Source: an uncultured Lachnospiraceae bacterium (lineage in GTDB: Bacteria; Bacillota; Clostridia; Lachnospirales; Lachnospiraceae). Taken from it: 64,000 nucleotides of DNA. The position numbers and the translations under genes are program-made. Below are positions 38,334 to 47,959 of the stretch, in pieces (position 1 is the stretch's first letter; the number at the start of each line of letters is the position of its first letter). The notes under the pieces are model-generated. The model ran no database searches, was not told the DNA's origin, and saw only the letters and a list, made by a program, of their open reading frames with translations. The stretch is from positions 1,141 through 65,140 of the forward strand of contig CANQUG010000009.1 in assembly GCA_947626985.1 (NCBI GenBank), written 5' to 3'.

Positions 38334-40721
38334 ATGGAATTTGGAATGCCAAATACGAACTGGATCTGGAGCGATTCTTTCGATCAGTATGATCAGAAGG
38401 AGCCGTGCCTCGTTTATTTCCGGAAAAGCTTTTTTCTGGAGCAGGCGCCGGAAACGCTGTTTCTGAAAATCTCGGCGGATTCCCGGTATAAGCTCTATGT
38501 GAACGGAACCCTTGCGGAACTGGGACCGGCCAGGGGCGACCGTCTTCTCTGGTATGCGGATGAAAAAGATATTGCGCCATATCTGAGAAAAGGGGAAAAT
38601 GTGCTGGCTGCGGAGGTACTCCGGTATCCGCTGGATCATCAGAAGGGAAATCATGGAATTTACCGGACGAACACTCCGGGATTTTATGCAGCGGAGGTGT
38701 TTCCGCCGAAGGAATGCAGGGAACAGAAGCCGGATGCCTTTGGGGAGATGAAAGCCTCCATTGTGCCGGAAACGGCTGGGTACGGGATCTCCGCGGGGCC
38801 TTCCTGGAAGTGCCATAAGCCGGAAGGGTTTCGGATCGTGCCGGAATCTCCGTACTTTGCTCCTCTTCAGATTCTGGAGGAACGCTGCGGGGAGGCGGAA
38901 ACCGCAGGATGGAAGCTTCCCGGCTTTGACGACAGCTCCTGGAAAAACGCCAAAGCTTACAGTATTTTTGAGATCTCCAGAGCGGTGAGTCCAGGAAATC
39001 TTCTTCCCCGGCCGATTCCCGGCATGCGAAAGGATTTCCGGCAGTTCCGGGGACTTTTCGGAGAAAGCGCCCGGAAGCCGGACAGAGAGAAGTGGGAGAG
39101 GATGCTGAAAGGCGTCGGCACAGTGAGCATACCGCCCCATACCCATGAAAGGGCGGAGATCGATGCCGCGGAACTGAATACCGGTTACCTTTCTTTGCGC
39201 ATGGGCGGAGGCGCCGGCGCGGTGATCAAAATTCTTACGTCTGAGGGATATGTTCAGAAAGACGCCCGGAAGGAGGAAGGGTTTGGCCCGTCTCTGCCTG
39301 TAAAGAAAGACCGCTGCGACTGGGAACACGGTTATCTGCACGGCTTTACGGACACTTATCATGCGGCGGGGTACGGAACAGAAAATCTCCCGGAAGAGTA
39401 TGCTCCCTTCTGGTTCCGCACATTCCGTTTTATTGGACTGGAAATTGAGACAGGGGAGGAAGAACTGACGATTTCCGGATTCGATTATCTGGAAACCGGT
39501 TATCCCCTGGAGGTGAAATCCCATGTGGAGACTTCGGACGATTCTCTGGAAGCAGTTTGGGATATCAGCCTGCGGACCCTGAAGCGCTGTATGCATGAAA
39601 CCTACGAAGACTGTCCTTTTTATGAGCAGCTTCAGTATGCCATGGATTCCAGGAGCCAGATCCTTTATACCTATGCCATATCCGGGGACGACCGGCTGGC
39701 CAGGAACTGTATGGAGGACCTGCGCCGTTCTCAGCGTTATGACGGCATGATCAACTGCAGCTATCCCAATTACGGCCCAAATGTTATACCGGGATTTTCC
39801 ATTTATTATATTCTGATGCTGTATGATCATATGATGTACTTTGGAGACAAAGAGTTTCTCCGCAGGCACACGGGAGCTGTAGACGGCATTCTGGAATATT
39901 TCCGCCGAACCGTGGATGAGCGCGGCCTTGTGGGGAAGAACGGCGGTGTGAACATGGCGTCCAGATACTGGTCTTTCATTGACTGGACGAAGCAGTGGGA
40001 CAACACTTCCGGAGTTCCTACGGCTACTCTGTACGGCCCGATCACTATGGAAAGCTTTCTGTATATCATAGGACTGGAGTATGGAGCGAAGGTCCTGGAT
40101 TATCTGGAAAGACCGGATACGGCTGATGAGTACCGTCAGCGGGCGGAGGATGTCCGCGGCGCCATTAATCGGTACTGCAGAGGAGAGGACGGTATGTATA
40201 CGGACGGTCCCGGCATCATGGAATACAGTCAGCACTGCCAGGTGTTCGCCATCCTTACGGATACGGTGTCCATGGAGGAAGGGCGCAGGTACCTTTTGAA
40301 AACGATGGAAAATAAAGAAGATTATGCGCAGTGCTCCATCGCCATGTCCTACTATCTTTTCCGCGCTCTGGAGAAATCCGGACTGTACAGATTAACGGAT
40401 AGGAAATGGGATCTATGGCGGAATATGGTACGGGACCATGTGACGACCTGTGTGGAGGATGACGTGAATTCCCGCAGCGACTGCCATGCGTGGGGATCGC
40501 TGGCTCTGTATGAGCTGCCCTCAGTGGTGCTGGGAGTCCGCCCGGCTGCGCCCGGATATAAAAAGATCGCCATCCGCCCCTGTATGGAGACTCTGGATTG
40601 GGCGAAGGGAGAGGTGGTCACCGGATGCGGAATAGTGAAGGTGGAGTGGAAGAAGGATGAGCAGGGAATAGTACATCTTTCCTATGAAGCGCCAGAGGGG
40701 GCAGAAGTGGTTCTGGACTGA
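38334..40721 (+). CDS. alpha-L-rhamnosidase-like glycoside hydrolase (GH78-type six-hairpin)
   Basis: N-terminus WIWS...YFRKSF...ADSRYKLYVNG. Central part YEDCPFYEQLQYAMDSR. No signal peptide. Confidence 0.78.
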   Translation: MEFGMPNTNWIWSDSFDQYDQKEPCLVYFRKSFFLEQAPETLFLKISADSRYKLYVNGTLAELGPARGDRLLWYADEKDIAPYLRKGENVLAAEVLRYPLDHQKGNHGIYRTNTPGFYAAEVFPPKECREQKPDAFGEMKASIVPETAGYGISAGPSWKCHKPEGFRIVPESPYFAPLQILEERCGEAETAGWKLPGFDDSSWKNAKAYSIFEISRAVSPGNLLPRPIPGMRKDFRQFRGLFGESARKPDREKWERMLKGVGTVSIPPHTHERAEIDAAELNTGYLSLRMGGGAGAVIKILTSEGYVQKDARKEEGFGPSLPVKKDRCDWEHGYLHGFTDTYHAAGYGTENLPEEYAPFWFRTFRFIGLEIETGEEELTISGFDYLETGYPLEVKSHVETSDDSLEAVWDISLRTLKRCMHETYEDCPFYEQLQYAMDSRSQILYTYAISGDDRLARNCMEDLRRSQRYDGMINCSYPNYGPNVIPGFSIYYILMLYDHMMYFGDKEFLRRHTGAVDGILEYFRRTVDERGLVGKNGGVNMASRYWSFIDWTKQWDNTSGVPTATLYGPITMESFLYIIGLEYGAKVLDYLERPDTADEYRQRAEDVRGAINRYCRGEDGMYTDGPGIMEYSQHCQVFAILTDTVSMEEGRRYLLKTMENKEDYAQCSIAMSYYLFRALEKSGLYRLTDRKWDLWRNMVRDHVTTCVEDDVNSRSDCHAWGSLALYELPSVVLGVRPAAPGYKKIAIRPCMETLDWAKGEVVTGCGIVKVEWKKDEQGIVHLSYEAPEGAEVVLD

Positions 40722-40762
40722 TTTATGGTGATTTCCGGTTTCTCTGCCATATAGTAAATAGG

Positions 40763-40841
40763 ATGATTGTTCATTTGGACCATGGCACCCCGCACATTTC
40801 GCTGCTGTTGTCTTGTAAAATATCATGATTGTTCATTTGGA
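40763..40841 (+). repeat. 17-bp perfect direct repeat pair (62-bp period)
   Basis: ATGATTGTTCATTTGGA at 40763-40779 and 40825-40841. Confidence 0.8.
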
Positions 40842-40913
40842 TCTCCTGTGTCTGAAATTCAGCATGTTGTGCCGATTTCAGGTGCGGGAGGTTTTTTGCG
40901 TTCGATTTCGGCT

Positions 40914-40996
40914 CAACTTCAGCTCCACTTAGTTCAGTTCAGCTCCACTCCACTCTACTTCACTCAATTCAATTCAATTCAGTTCAATTCAAATTT
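40914..40996 (+). repeat. low-complexity TTCA-rich microsatellite-like tract
   Basis: caacttcagctccacttagttcagttcagctccactccactctacttcactcaattcaattcaattcagttcaattcaaattt. Confidence 0.8.
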
Positions 40997-41030
40997 AGCT
41001 GCGTTTTCTCATTTTGTTTCCTGATGCAAA

Positions 41031-41059
41031 TTGACGCAAAGAACCGCATATGATATTAT
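41031..41059 (+). promoter_or_regulatory. extended -10 sigma-70 promoter for the secreted MBL gene
   Basis: TTGACG (41031-41036), 17-nt spacer ending in TGA, then TATTAT (41054-41059). Confidence 0.65.
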
Positions 41060-41089
41060 TTTACAATAACATAAGGAAAGAAGGCACAT

Positions 41090-42166
41090 ATGTTCAAAAA
41101 TTCTTTAAGAAAAAATATATTTTTCATATTTCTTTTCCTTCTGCTCATGGTTCCTGTTCCGGTATCCGCGCAGGAAGCCGGCTTCCGGCTCCATATGCTG
41201 GATGTAGGGCAGGGGCTCAGTATCCTGGCGGAAGCAGACGGACATTACCTGCTTTATGACGGCGGCGGGCGCGGCAGTTCCTCCTTTGTCGTATCGTACC
41301 TGCAGAAACAGGGGATTGAACAGATCGACTGCCTCATAGCTTCCCATTATGACGAGGACCATATCAGCGGCCTGATTGGCGCGCTCCATGTTTTTGACTG
41401 TTCCAGAATACTTTGTCCGGATTATGAAGCCGATACGGAAATCTATCAGTCTTTTGTGTCGGCGGCGGAGGATAACGGCGGTGAAATCATACACCCTGAA
41501 GCAGGGGAAAGCTATGCTCTGGGCGATGTGGCTGTCGATATCGTCGGTCCGGAATCGTATGACTGCGCCGTGGAAAATGACCGCTCCATTGCCGTAAAGA
41601 TTACATATGGAGACGCCGGTTTCCTTATATGCGGCGATACGGAAGAACAGGGAGAAGAATACATGATGGATTCCGGCTATGATATCCGGGCCGATGTGTT
41701 TGTCGCCAGCCACCACGGAAGCAATTCCTCCAACAGCGCATCCTTCCTGCATGAAGTTTCTCCGGACTGTGTCCTGATCAGCTGCGGAAAAGATAATTCC
41801 TATGGTCATCCCGGACGGGAGGCTCTAGACAGGTTCCGGGACGCAGGCTGTGAACTGTACCGCACTGACCGGCAGGGTACCGTGATATGCTCGTCTGATG
41901 GGGAAAGCATCTGGTTCGATCAGGAGCCGTGTCAGGACTGGAGCACGAACGATGATACGGAATCTGCAGAAATCCAGTCAGAGGCTGCAGGAGAAGACCA
42001 TACAGGCGGTATTACCTACGTATGCAATGAGAATAGCAAGAAGTTCCATTATGAAAGCTGCGGCAGCGTATCCCGGATGAAGGAGGAGAACAAACGCTAT
42101 ACCGGCGAAAGCAGGGATACTCTGATCGCCCGGGGATACAGTCCATGTCAGAATTGCAATCCGTGA
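41090..42166 (+). CDS. secreted MBL-fold hydrolase related to the ComEC C-terminal domain, with a C-terminal Cys-rich zinc-ribbon-like tail
   Basis: Signal peptide ...VPVPVSAQEA. HMLDVGQG and SHYDEDH motifs. Tail KFHYESCGSV...GYSPCQNCNP. Confidence 0.8.
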   Translation: MFKNSLRKNIFFIFLFLLLMVPVPVSAQEAGFRLHMLDVGQGLSILAEADGHYLLYDGGGRGSSSFVVSYLQKQGIEQIDCLIASHYDEDHISGLIGALHVFDCSRILCPDYEADTEIYQSFVSAAEDNGGEIIHPEAGESYALGDVAVDIVGPESYDCAVENDRSIAVKITYGDAGFLICGDTEEQGEEYMMDSGYDIRADVFVASHHGSNSSNSASFLHEVSPDCVLISCGKDNSYGHPGREALDRFRDAGCELYRTDRQGTVICSSDGESIWFDQEPCQDWSTNDDTESAEIQSEAAGEDHTGGITYVCNENSKKFHYESCGSVSRMKEENKRYTGESRDTLIARGYSPCQNCNP

Positions 42167-42281
42167 TTTGCTGTTTCTTATGGTATTTTTTCCGATTTAA
42201 TTTTTCCATTAATGTGCTTTCCCTGCGGAACTGTTTCATTGAGTGTGCGGATTTCCGCAATTGCCTCTAAAGTGATTATGT

Positions 42282-42734
42282 TCAAAGCGAACCTTCTTCG
42301 GGCGTGTAGCCGCCGGTGATTTCAATGACGTTTCCATCAGGGTCGCGCAAACAGAAAAACCAATAGGGGCTGCCTGCATTTATATATCGTATTTCCGTCA
42401 TATCAGACGCGATATGAAGTTTCCTGATGCGTTCATATTCCTTTCTCAAATCGGGCGTACCCAGGTTGATGACTATTTTTCCGCTGTTTTGTTTTTCCGT
42501 TACCGCCACAAAGTCATCAAAGAGCGGGTCAAATTCTCCGGCACGTTCCACTTGATCCGGATATTCCGCATCAAATTTCCCATTGAGCAGACAGAGCCAG
42601 AGATTGCCGACATTGAAAATTGCAAAGCGCGTCTTGTTCTGCGACAAGACATCCTTTTCCAAAAGCTGCTTATAAAAAGATACAGACTGATTAAAGTCGC
42701 GTACAACAAGGTAAATCGATCCGGTTTCAAGCAT
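42282..42734 (-). CDS. VOC/glyoxalase-family protein
   Basis: About 150 aa with a two beta-alpha-beta-beta-beta module pattern (IYLVVRDFNQSVSFY...DPDGNVIEI). ATG 42734 after GGAGGA. Confidence 0.75.
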   Translation of the reverse strand: MLETGSIYLVVRDFNQSVSFYKQLLEKDVLSQNKTRFAIFNVGNLWLCLLNGKFDAEYPDQVERAGEFDPLFDDFVAVTEKQNSGKIVINLGTPDLRKEYERIRKLHIASDMTEIRYINAGSPYWFFCLRDPDGNVIEITGGYTPEEGSL

Positions 42735-43197
42735 TGTTTGTTCCTCCAGGCAAAAAAATCTCAAATGTTCTGTTTACATAAATGATTATACCATCTGAAA
42801 GCAAAAAAGCTACTGCTGTTTTGGATACAGATATACCGGAGATTATTACAATGCCTTCTGTCAGTTCCCGGGGCAAAAGTGACAGGACAGACCGGAAAGT
42901 GTATAAATTATGGATTTCGTCTTTTCAATTTAATTTTTTCAGTTAATATGAAGAAAAAGCAGAAAGCTCCGGAGGGTGTTCCCGCAGGAGAGGATGCCGG
43001 AAGACTTTCCGGCGGGTTAAGCCTGCTGAGATCGTTCTGTCTCTGATCAAGGCCGGAAAAATCGGTCTTGATCTCAGTGTGAATCATCTGGAGGTTCATT
43101 TCCTGGCGGACGGACCTGGAACGTCTGGCGGGCGGTGCCGGGGAAGCATCTTGAGCCAAACAAAGATATATGTACAGCATGGAGAAAAGGAGAGAAA

Positions 43198-44514
43198 ATG
43201 AAAAGATTGATAAACCATATTTCTATGTTTTTATTTATCGGCTGTCTCTCAATAAACAATAGAGAACTGGTAACAGCAGCAGAAAAACTGAGTGAAGATG
43301 TTTCTGAAAAGGATGGAAGCAGTAGCTTGTCAGGTGAACTGGTGGTCTCGGAACTTTGGGATATGGGGGTTTTCAACGGCTTTATTGAGAAGTTTATGGA
43401 AAAATATCCTGATGTAACTGTGCGGACAGAGGCTCTTTCAGACCAGGGCAGCTATTACGGATCAGATATGGAGTCCATGCTGGAAATCAAGACAAAAATC
43501 ATGACGGGGGAGTGCGGAGATATCGTCTGCACAGAAGTGCTTGACAGCCGGCAATGCGGAGAACAGGGATTGTTTGAGGATCTTTATGAGTGGATGGAAG
43601 CGGATCCGGATTTCCGTCGGGAGGATTATTTTTCCAGTATGTTTAAGGCTTTTGAGACTGACGGCAGGCTTTATCAGTTTACGCTGCAGGCAATTCCGGC
43701 CTATTTCAAGCTGAACAGAAAGTTTCTGGATGATGCAGGAGCGGAGCATACAGGAGATACGATTTCGTTCTGGGAAATGGCGGATTTATATGATCAGGTA
43801 CAGGCAGTTGAGGAGAACCCTGTTTACCTGACGAATTTGGCGTGGGCTGCAGCCATGGGAACCTGCGATATGCTTGGGGGTCTTGAAATGGGTTATTTTG
43901 TAGAAAATAACGCGTTTCACACATCCGAGTACATGGAGTATTTAATGCGGAATCATAAAATGACTTCTTCTCTGGAACTGCGCTACGCATCAGACCCGTT
44001 GAAGAGGGCGGAGGGGAGTGAACTGCCCCATGATGATGATCTGAGCGTATTAGTTGCATCGTTGTATCCGATGAGTGATTATGAAAAATGGAACCAATTA
44101 TTCCAGGAGGGAACAGAGGTAACGAAAGCATTCCGGTATGAGGGACTTCATGGAGAAAGACCGCTGATATCCTACTTAAGCCTGTCGATCAGCAGCTTTT
44201 CGAAGAATAAGGAATTGGCCTGGGAGTTCCTGAAGTTTATAATGAGCGAGGAGGATTGCGGAACCAGCGATTACCCTACCTATATTCCAATGAACAAAAA
44301 AAAGGCTATGAGAGTCTGTGCCGATATCAGCACCGAGGTTAGAGAGCGATTATTTTCCGATCTGGAGGAGGGAGATACTACTTATTATGCAAATGAAGAG
44401 GTGATCCGGTCGCTTGCTCCCATTTATCATGATTATTATATATACAATATTATTGATGAAGAGGAGTGTGTCAGACAGCTGGAGGAACGGGTATATCTTT
44501 ATCTGCATGAATGA
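43198..44514 (+). CDS. ABC transporter solute-binding lipoprotein
   Basis: Lipobox-like FLFIGC. ATG 43198 after AAGGAGAG. Two permease genes follow. Confidence 0.75.
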   Translation: MKRLINHISMFLFIGCLSINNRELVTAAEKLSEDVSEKDGSSSLSGELVVSELWDMGVFNGFIEKFMEKYPDVTVRTEALSDQGSYYGSDMESMLEIKTKIMTGECGDIVCTEVLDSRQCGEQGLFEDLYEWMEADPDFRREDYFSSMFKAFETDGRLYQFTLQAIPAYFKLNRKFLDDAGAEHTGDTISFWEMADLYDQVQAVEENPVYLTNLAWAAAMGTCDMLGGLEMGYFVENNAFHTSEYMEYLMRNHKMTSSLELRYASDPLKRAEGSELPHDDDLSVLVASLYPMSDYEKWNQLFQEGTEVTKAFRYEGLHGERPLISYLSLSISSFSKNKELAWEFLKFIMSEEDCGTSDYPTYIPMNKKKAMRVCADISTEVRERLFSDLEEGDTTYYANEEVIRSLAPIYHDYYIYNIIDEEECVRQLEERVYLYLHE

Positions 44515-44655
44515 AGGGAAAAACTTCTTTCTCATGCTGGGGGCGCGTCAAAAAACTGAATCCACCGGTATGCAGGCATATAGTGAATTCAGGTTTTTTA
44601 CGATGTAATCATATTATCAGTTATTTTTCGTGAAAGGAGAATATCAGATACGGTC

Positions 44656-45510
44656 ATGAAAAAAAGAAACCTGTTCTATTTTTTTATGATTCTTCCGAGC
44701 CTGCTTGGCATTCTTGTGTTTTATTGTATTCCTTTTTTTCTGTCAGCTTCTTATACTCTGATCAATAATATGGCGGAAAAGAAGTTTGTCGGACTGGAGA
44801 ATTTCAGGAATATGATTACGGATGAGCTGTTTCTCCGGGCAGTTCGAAACACGTTTTCTTTCATTTTACTGTCAGTACCCATCAGTATGTTGTTGTCTCT
44901 TCTTCTTGCCATGGCATTATTTGAAATGAAAAAAGGACGTTCCATTTCCTGTATTTTTCTTTTTTTTCCTATTATTGTACCATCTGGAACGATCGTATAT
45001 TTCTGGAAGATTCTGTTTGATGTAAATGGGGTTGTGAACAAATGGCTTTCAGAGAGCGGTCTTCCCGTGGGAAACCTGGGACATGGGAAGTTCGCCATGG
45101 CAGTGATTATACTTCTGTTTCTCTGGAAAAACATCAGCTATAATATTGTTTTATTCTGGTCGGGGCTGAACTGGATCCCTCAGATTTATTATCAGCAGTA
45201 TGAACTTGAGGGCGCCTCTGCATACAGAATGTTCAGGGATATCACGCTGGTATTTCTAAGTCCTACCTCTTTTACAGTACTTTTGATGTCTATTGTCAAT
45301 TCCTTTAAAGTGTTTAAAGAAATCTATCAGTTATATGGCGCGTATCCGACTCCGGATATCTATATGCTTCAGCACTATATGAATAATCAGTTCAGCGCGC
45401 TGAATATGCAGAAATTGTGTACTGCCGCATATCTGTTATTCTTATTTGTGAGTATTGTATTACTGATAATTTTCTATTTGCAGAAGAAGCTGACAGATAC
45501 CTATCAATAG
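44656..45510 (+). CDS. ABC transporter permease
   Basis: Six TM segments. EAA-like loop LEGASAYRMFRDITLVFLSP. Confidence 0.82.
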   Translation: MKKRNLFYFFMILPSLLGILVFYCIPFFLSASYTLINNMAEKKFVGLENFRNMITDELFLRAVRNTFSFILLSVPISMLLSLLLAMALFEMKKGRSISCIFLFFPIIVPSGTIVYFWKILFDVNGVVNKWLSESGLPVGNLGHGKFAMAVIILLFLWKNISYNIVLFWSGLNWIPQIYYQQYELEGASAYRMFRDITLVFLSPTSFTVLLMSIVNSFKVFKEIYQLYGAYPTPDIYMLQHYMNNQFSALNMQKLCTAAYLLFLFVSIVLLIIFYLQKKLTDTYQ

Positions 45511-45523
45511 GAGAGGGAAGGTT

Positions 45524-46396
45524 ATGAAGGTAAGACGTGTAATTTCTATGATATTTATTCTTCTCTTTTGTATTCTGGCGGTGCTTCCGGTGGCTTTTGG
45601 ATTTATCAATTCCTTTATGAGTGAAGACGAAATTCAAAATCGTTATACCGCGCAGGTTACGGAAGAAAACAGGAAGGATTATATTTCCGGAAATATTCAT
45701 TTTGTCAGGATCGGCATCATTCCGGATGAAGCGAGCGTAGAACAGTATGTTCATTTCCTTTTAAAGGATCCAACGTATTTGAGATTTTTCTGGAATTCAG
45801 TGCTGATCGTCGTTCCAGTTTTGATTGGGCAATGCCTGCTTTCTCCGTTAGCGGCTTTCGGTTTTGAAAATCTCCGGTGGAGAGGAAAGGAAGCGCTCTT
45901 CTTTTTTTACGTGGTAATCATGTTAATGCCCATGCAGCTTCTTATGGTTCCCAATTTTATCGTTGCCAGCTGGCTGAATATCCGGAATTCCAGTCTGGCT
46001 GTTATTTTGCCTGCGATGTTTCATCCTTTCGGAGTCTTTCTGATTCGACAGCAGATGAAGGGATTTCCTGTGGATGTTTTGGATGCGGCGCGGCTGGAGG
46101 GTGCAGGTGAATTTTATGTTTACAGAAAGATCGTAAGGCCCAATCTGAATTCTGTGGTTACAGCCATGCTGGTACTGCTTTTTGCAGATAACTGGAATAT
46201 TGTCGACCAGGCGGTTGTATTTCTGAATAAACCTTATTCCCGTCCCCTTTCGGCGATGCTGAACCAAATAATGAATGAGAATGCTTCCATGTTTTTTGCT
46301 GTTTCAAGTTTTTATCTGCTGCCTGCAGTTTTTGTCTTTTTGTACGGACAGAAATTTTTAGTAGAAGGGATTGCGCTTTCCACTCTTAAGTTATAA
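45524..46396 (+). CDS. ABC transporter permease
   Basis: EAA loop DAARLEGAGEFYVYRKIVRPNL. Confidence 0.82.
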   Translation: MKVRRVISMIFILLFCILAVLPVAFGFINSFMSEDEIQNRYTAQVTEENRKDYISGNIHFVRIGIIPDEASVEQYVHFLLKDPTYLRFFWNSVLIVVPVLIGQCLLSPLAAFGFENLRWRGKEALFFFYVVIMLMPMQLLMVPNFIVASWLNIRNSSLAVILPAMFHPFGVFLIRQQMKGFPVDVLDAARLEGAGEFYVYRKIVRPNLNSVVTAMLVLLFADNWNIVDQAVVFLNKPYSRPLSAMLNQIMNENASMFFAVSSFYLLPAVFVFLYGQKFLVEGIALSTLKL

Positions 46397-46466
46397 GAAG
46401 TATCCGATAATCTGCAGTGCTGGAAGCAGCACCGCGAACTGTTCGATACTCTGAGAGGTATTTTTT

Positions 46467-46886
46467 ATGAAAAAAATGGCCGATTCTGTTTATCTGGTTT
46501 TAACTGCTCTGTTTATGATTTTTGCGGCCGGGATCACTGTTTATTCCGTGTACAGTTACAGGGCGTCTCTTCCGGAAGTGACGGTGGAATCGTTTGCTTC
46601 GGTAGAAATGGATGGACGTGTTTATGATACGGCAGTTCTGAAGACTGCGCTGTATCCTGCGGCCATGCCTCTGACCTATGATCTTTACAGCGCTGAGAAG
46701 GAACCGGGCCCATGGGGAGATCAGTATGTAGTAAAAAAGAATACTGTACTTTGTACCGATCAAATGTATTATGATGATACATTGGAATATGTTCCGGTTT
46801 CCTGCTTTACCGACGTATTTGGAGAAATCATTATCAGCGATTCAACGTGCCTGGAGGAGGGAACTGTTGTCCGAATCAGGAGGTAA
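46467..46886 (+). CDS. hypothetical membrane-anchored protein (139 aa)
   Basis: A single N-terminal TM helix. Last gene of the ABC operon. I recognise no family. Confidence 0.5.
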   Translation: MKKMADSVYLVLTALFMIFAAGITVYSVYSYRASLPEVTVESFASVEMDGRVYDTAVLKTALYPAAMPLTYDLYSAEKEPGPWGDQYVVKKNTVLCTDQMYYDDTLEYVPVSCFTDVFGEIIISDSTCLEEGTVVRIRR

Positions 46887-46987
46887 GGAAATAGTTCATG
46901 AGCGCTTCGCCGCAGTACACCGTCTTTTCCGGCAGGCCGGATTTTGCCATTTCCCGGCAATGTGAGAAACCGGACACGGTGCTGTGT

Positions 46988-47254
46988 TCAGTATTGGTTT
47001 AATATATCGTGGTGGCCTACATCGACCAGAATAATCAGTTTGTCCCCCTCATAGTACCAGATGATGCGAATGTCCATGTTGACACTGCACTCAAACAGGT
47101 CTTTTGTACCCTGAATGCGTTTGGTACGGAGGGATGGGTGCAAGGGATTTTCGGCAAGGAGGCGGAGTTTGCTTTGAAGCTGCTTCTTCTCCTGTGAGTT
47201 CAGATCTTTAAAATGCTTTTCAAACCGTTTAGTAAAGGTAATTTGATACGCCAT
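46988..47254 (-). CDS. RelE/ParE-family type II toxin
   Basis: 88 aa. ITFTKRFEKHFKDL...LRTKRIQGTKDLFECSVNMDIRIIW. A 1-nt overlap with the upstream antitoxin gene. Confidence 0.8.
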   Translation of the reverse strand: MAYQITFTKRFEKHFKDLNSQEKKQLQSKLRLLAENPLHPSLRTKRIQGTKDLFECSVNMDIRIIWYYEGDKLIILVDVGHHDILNQY

Positions 47255-47514
47255 TAATCCTCCTCCAATTTTGCAAACAGAGCGTCTACGCTGTCAAAGA
47301 CAGGCTGTTCGCCGGAGGCAATCTTTGATTTTACTTCCTCCAACTCGCCGCGAAGTTCATCGAGATATTTCTTCGGGTAAACGACAACCGGCAGCATACA
47401 GATAATTCCATCTTTCTCGAAAATGTCCAGCTTGTCGCCCTCGGAAAGTCCCAGTTTGAGAATAATCTCTTTCGGAATAGTGATTTGCGACTTTTGACGT
47501 AATTCGGTCAACAT
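47254..47514 (-). CDS. AbrB/MazE/SpoVT-fold antitoxin
   Basis: 86 aa. The SQITIPKEIILKLGLSEGDKL swapped-hairpin motif is present. Confidence 0.8.
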   Translation of the reverse strand: MLTELRQKSQITIPKEIILKLGLSEGDKLDIFEKDGIICMLPVVVYPKKYLDELRGELEEVKSKIASGEQPVFDSVDALFAKLEED

Positions 47515-47543
47515 ACAATCATCTCCTTTGCTTTGAAATCGAA

Positions 47544-47600
47544 AGTGGGAAATTCCAACTTTCCCACTGGTAGTATATCCTGTTTTTTCGGATTATGCAA
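47544..47600 (-). promoter_or_regulatory. toxin-antitoxin promoter with an operator palindrome
   Basis: On the minus strand: TTGCAT (47600-47595), 17 nt, TATACT (47577-47572). This is followed by the inverted repeat AGTGGGAAA-N7-TTTCCCACT (47544-47568). Confidence 0.65.
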
Positions 47601-47746
47601 GGGGCGATAATAAAAATCGCAAATGGTTGGAACTCAGATGATTTTTCAGGAAAGCGAAACGGCTGAACTGAAAGCAGCACATAACCGCACAGAATAATGC
47701 AGCCATCTGTGCATGTATCAGTAGTTTTATTCATTGTAAAAAACAG

Positions 47747-47775
47747 TTGCAAATTCCGGCTGCGGTGCTTATAAT
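47747..47775 (+). promoter_or_regulatory. sigma-70 promoter of the MFS leader transcript
   Basis: TTGCAA (47747-47752), 17 nt, TATAAT (47770-47775). Confidence 0.65.
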
Positions 47776-47959
47776 AAAAAAACAGCAGGAAAATCAGAAA
47801 TAAGTGAAAAAAAGGAAAAAGGAAAGCTCATGTTCTGGAAAATGACAACTCTCCAACTGAAAAAAGGCTACATTTATCCCTTTCACGGGGATAGTGCGCT
47901 CTTTTTCAGGGAGGTTTTCTGAGCTTTCGTCAGGTCTTTCCTTTTAAATACAGTGCAGT

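Noticed and set aside
40767-41024. An 85-codon ORF spanning the TTCA microsatellite.
   Set aside because: The reading frame is kept open by low-complexity repeats (…QFSSTPLYFTQFNSIQFNSN…). It has no RBS.
42947-43200. Short ORFs and an open frame (...VKPAEIVLSLIKAGKIGLDLSVNHLEVHFLADGP...) upstream of the third SBP gene. A gene remnant was considered.
   Set aside because: There is no start codon or RBS for the longer frame, no recognisable family, and it ends by overlapping the SBP start. It may be decayed coding DNA, but I cannot support that.
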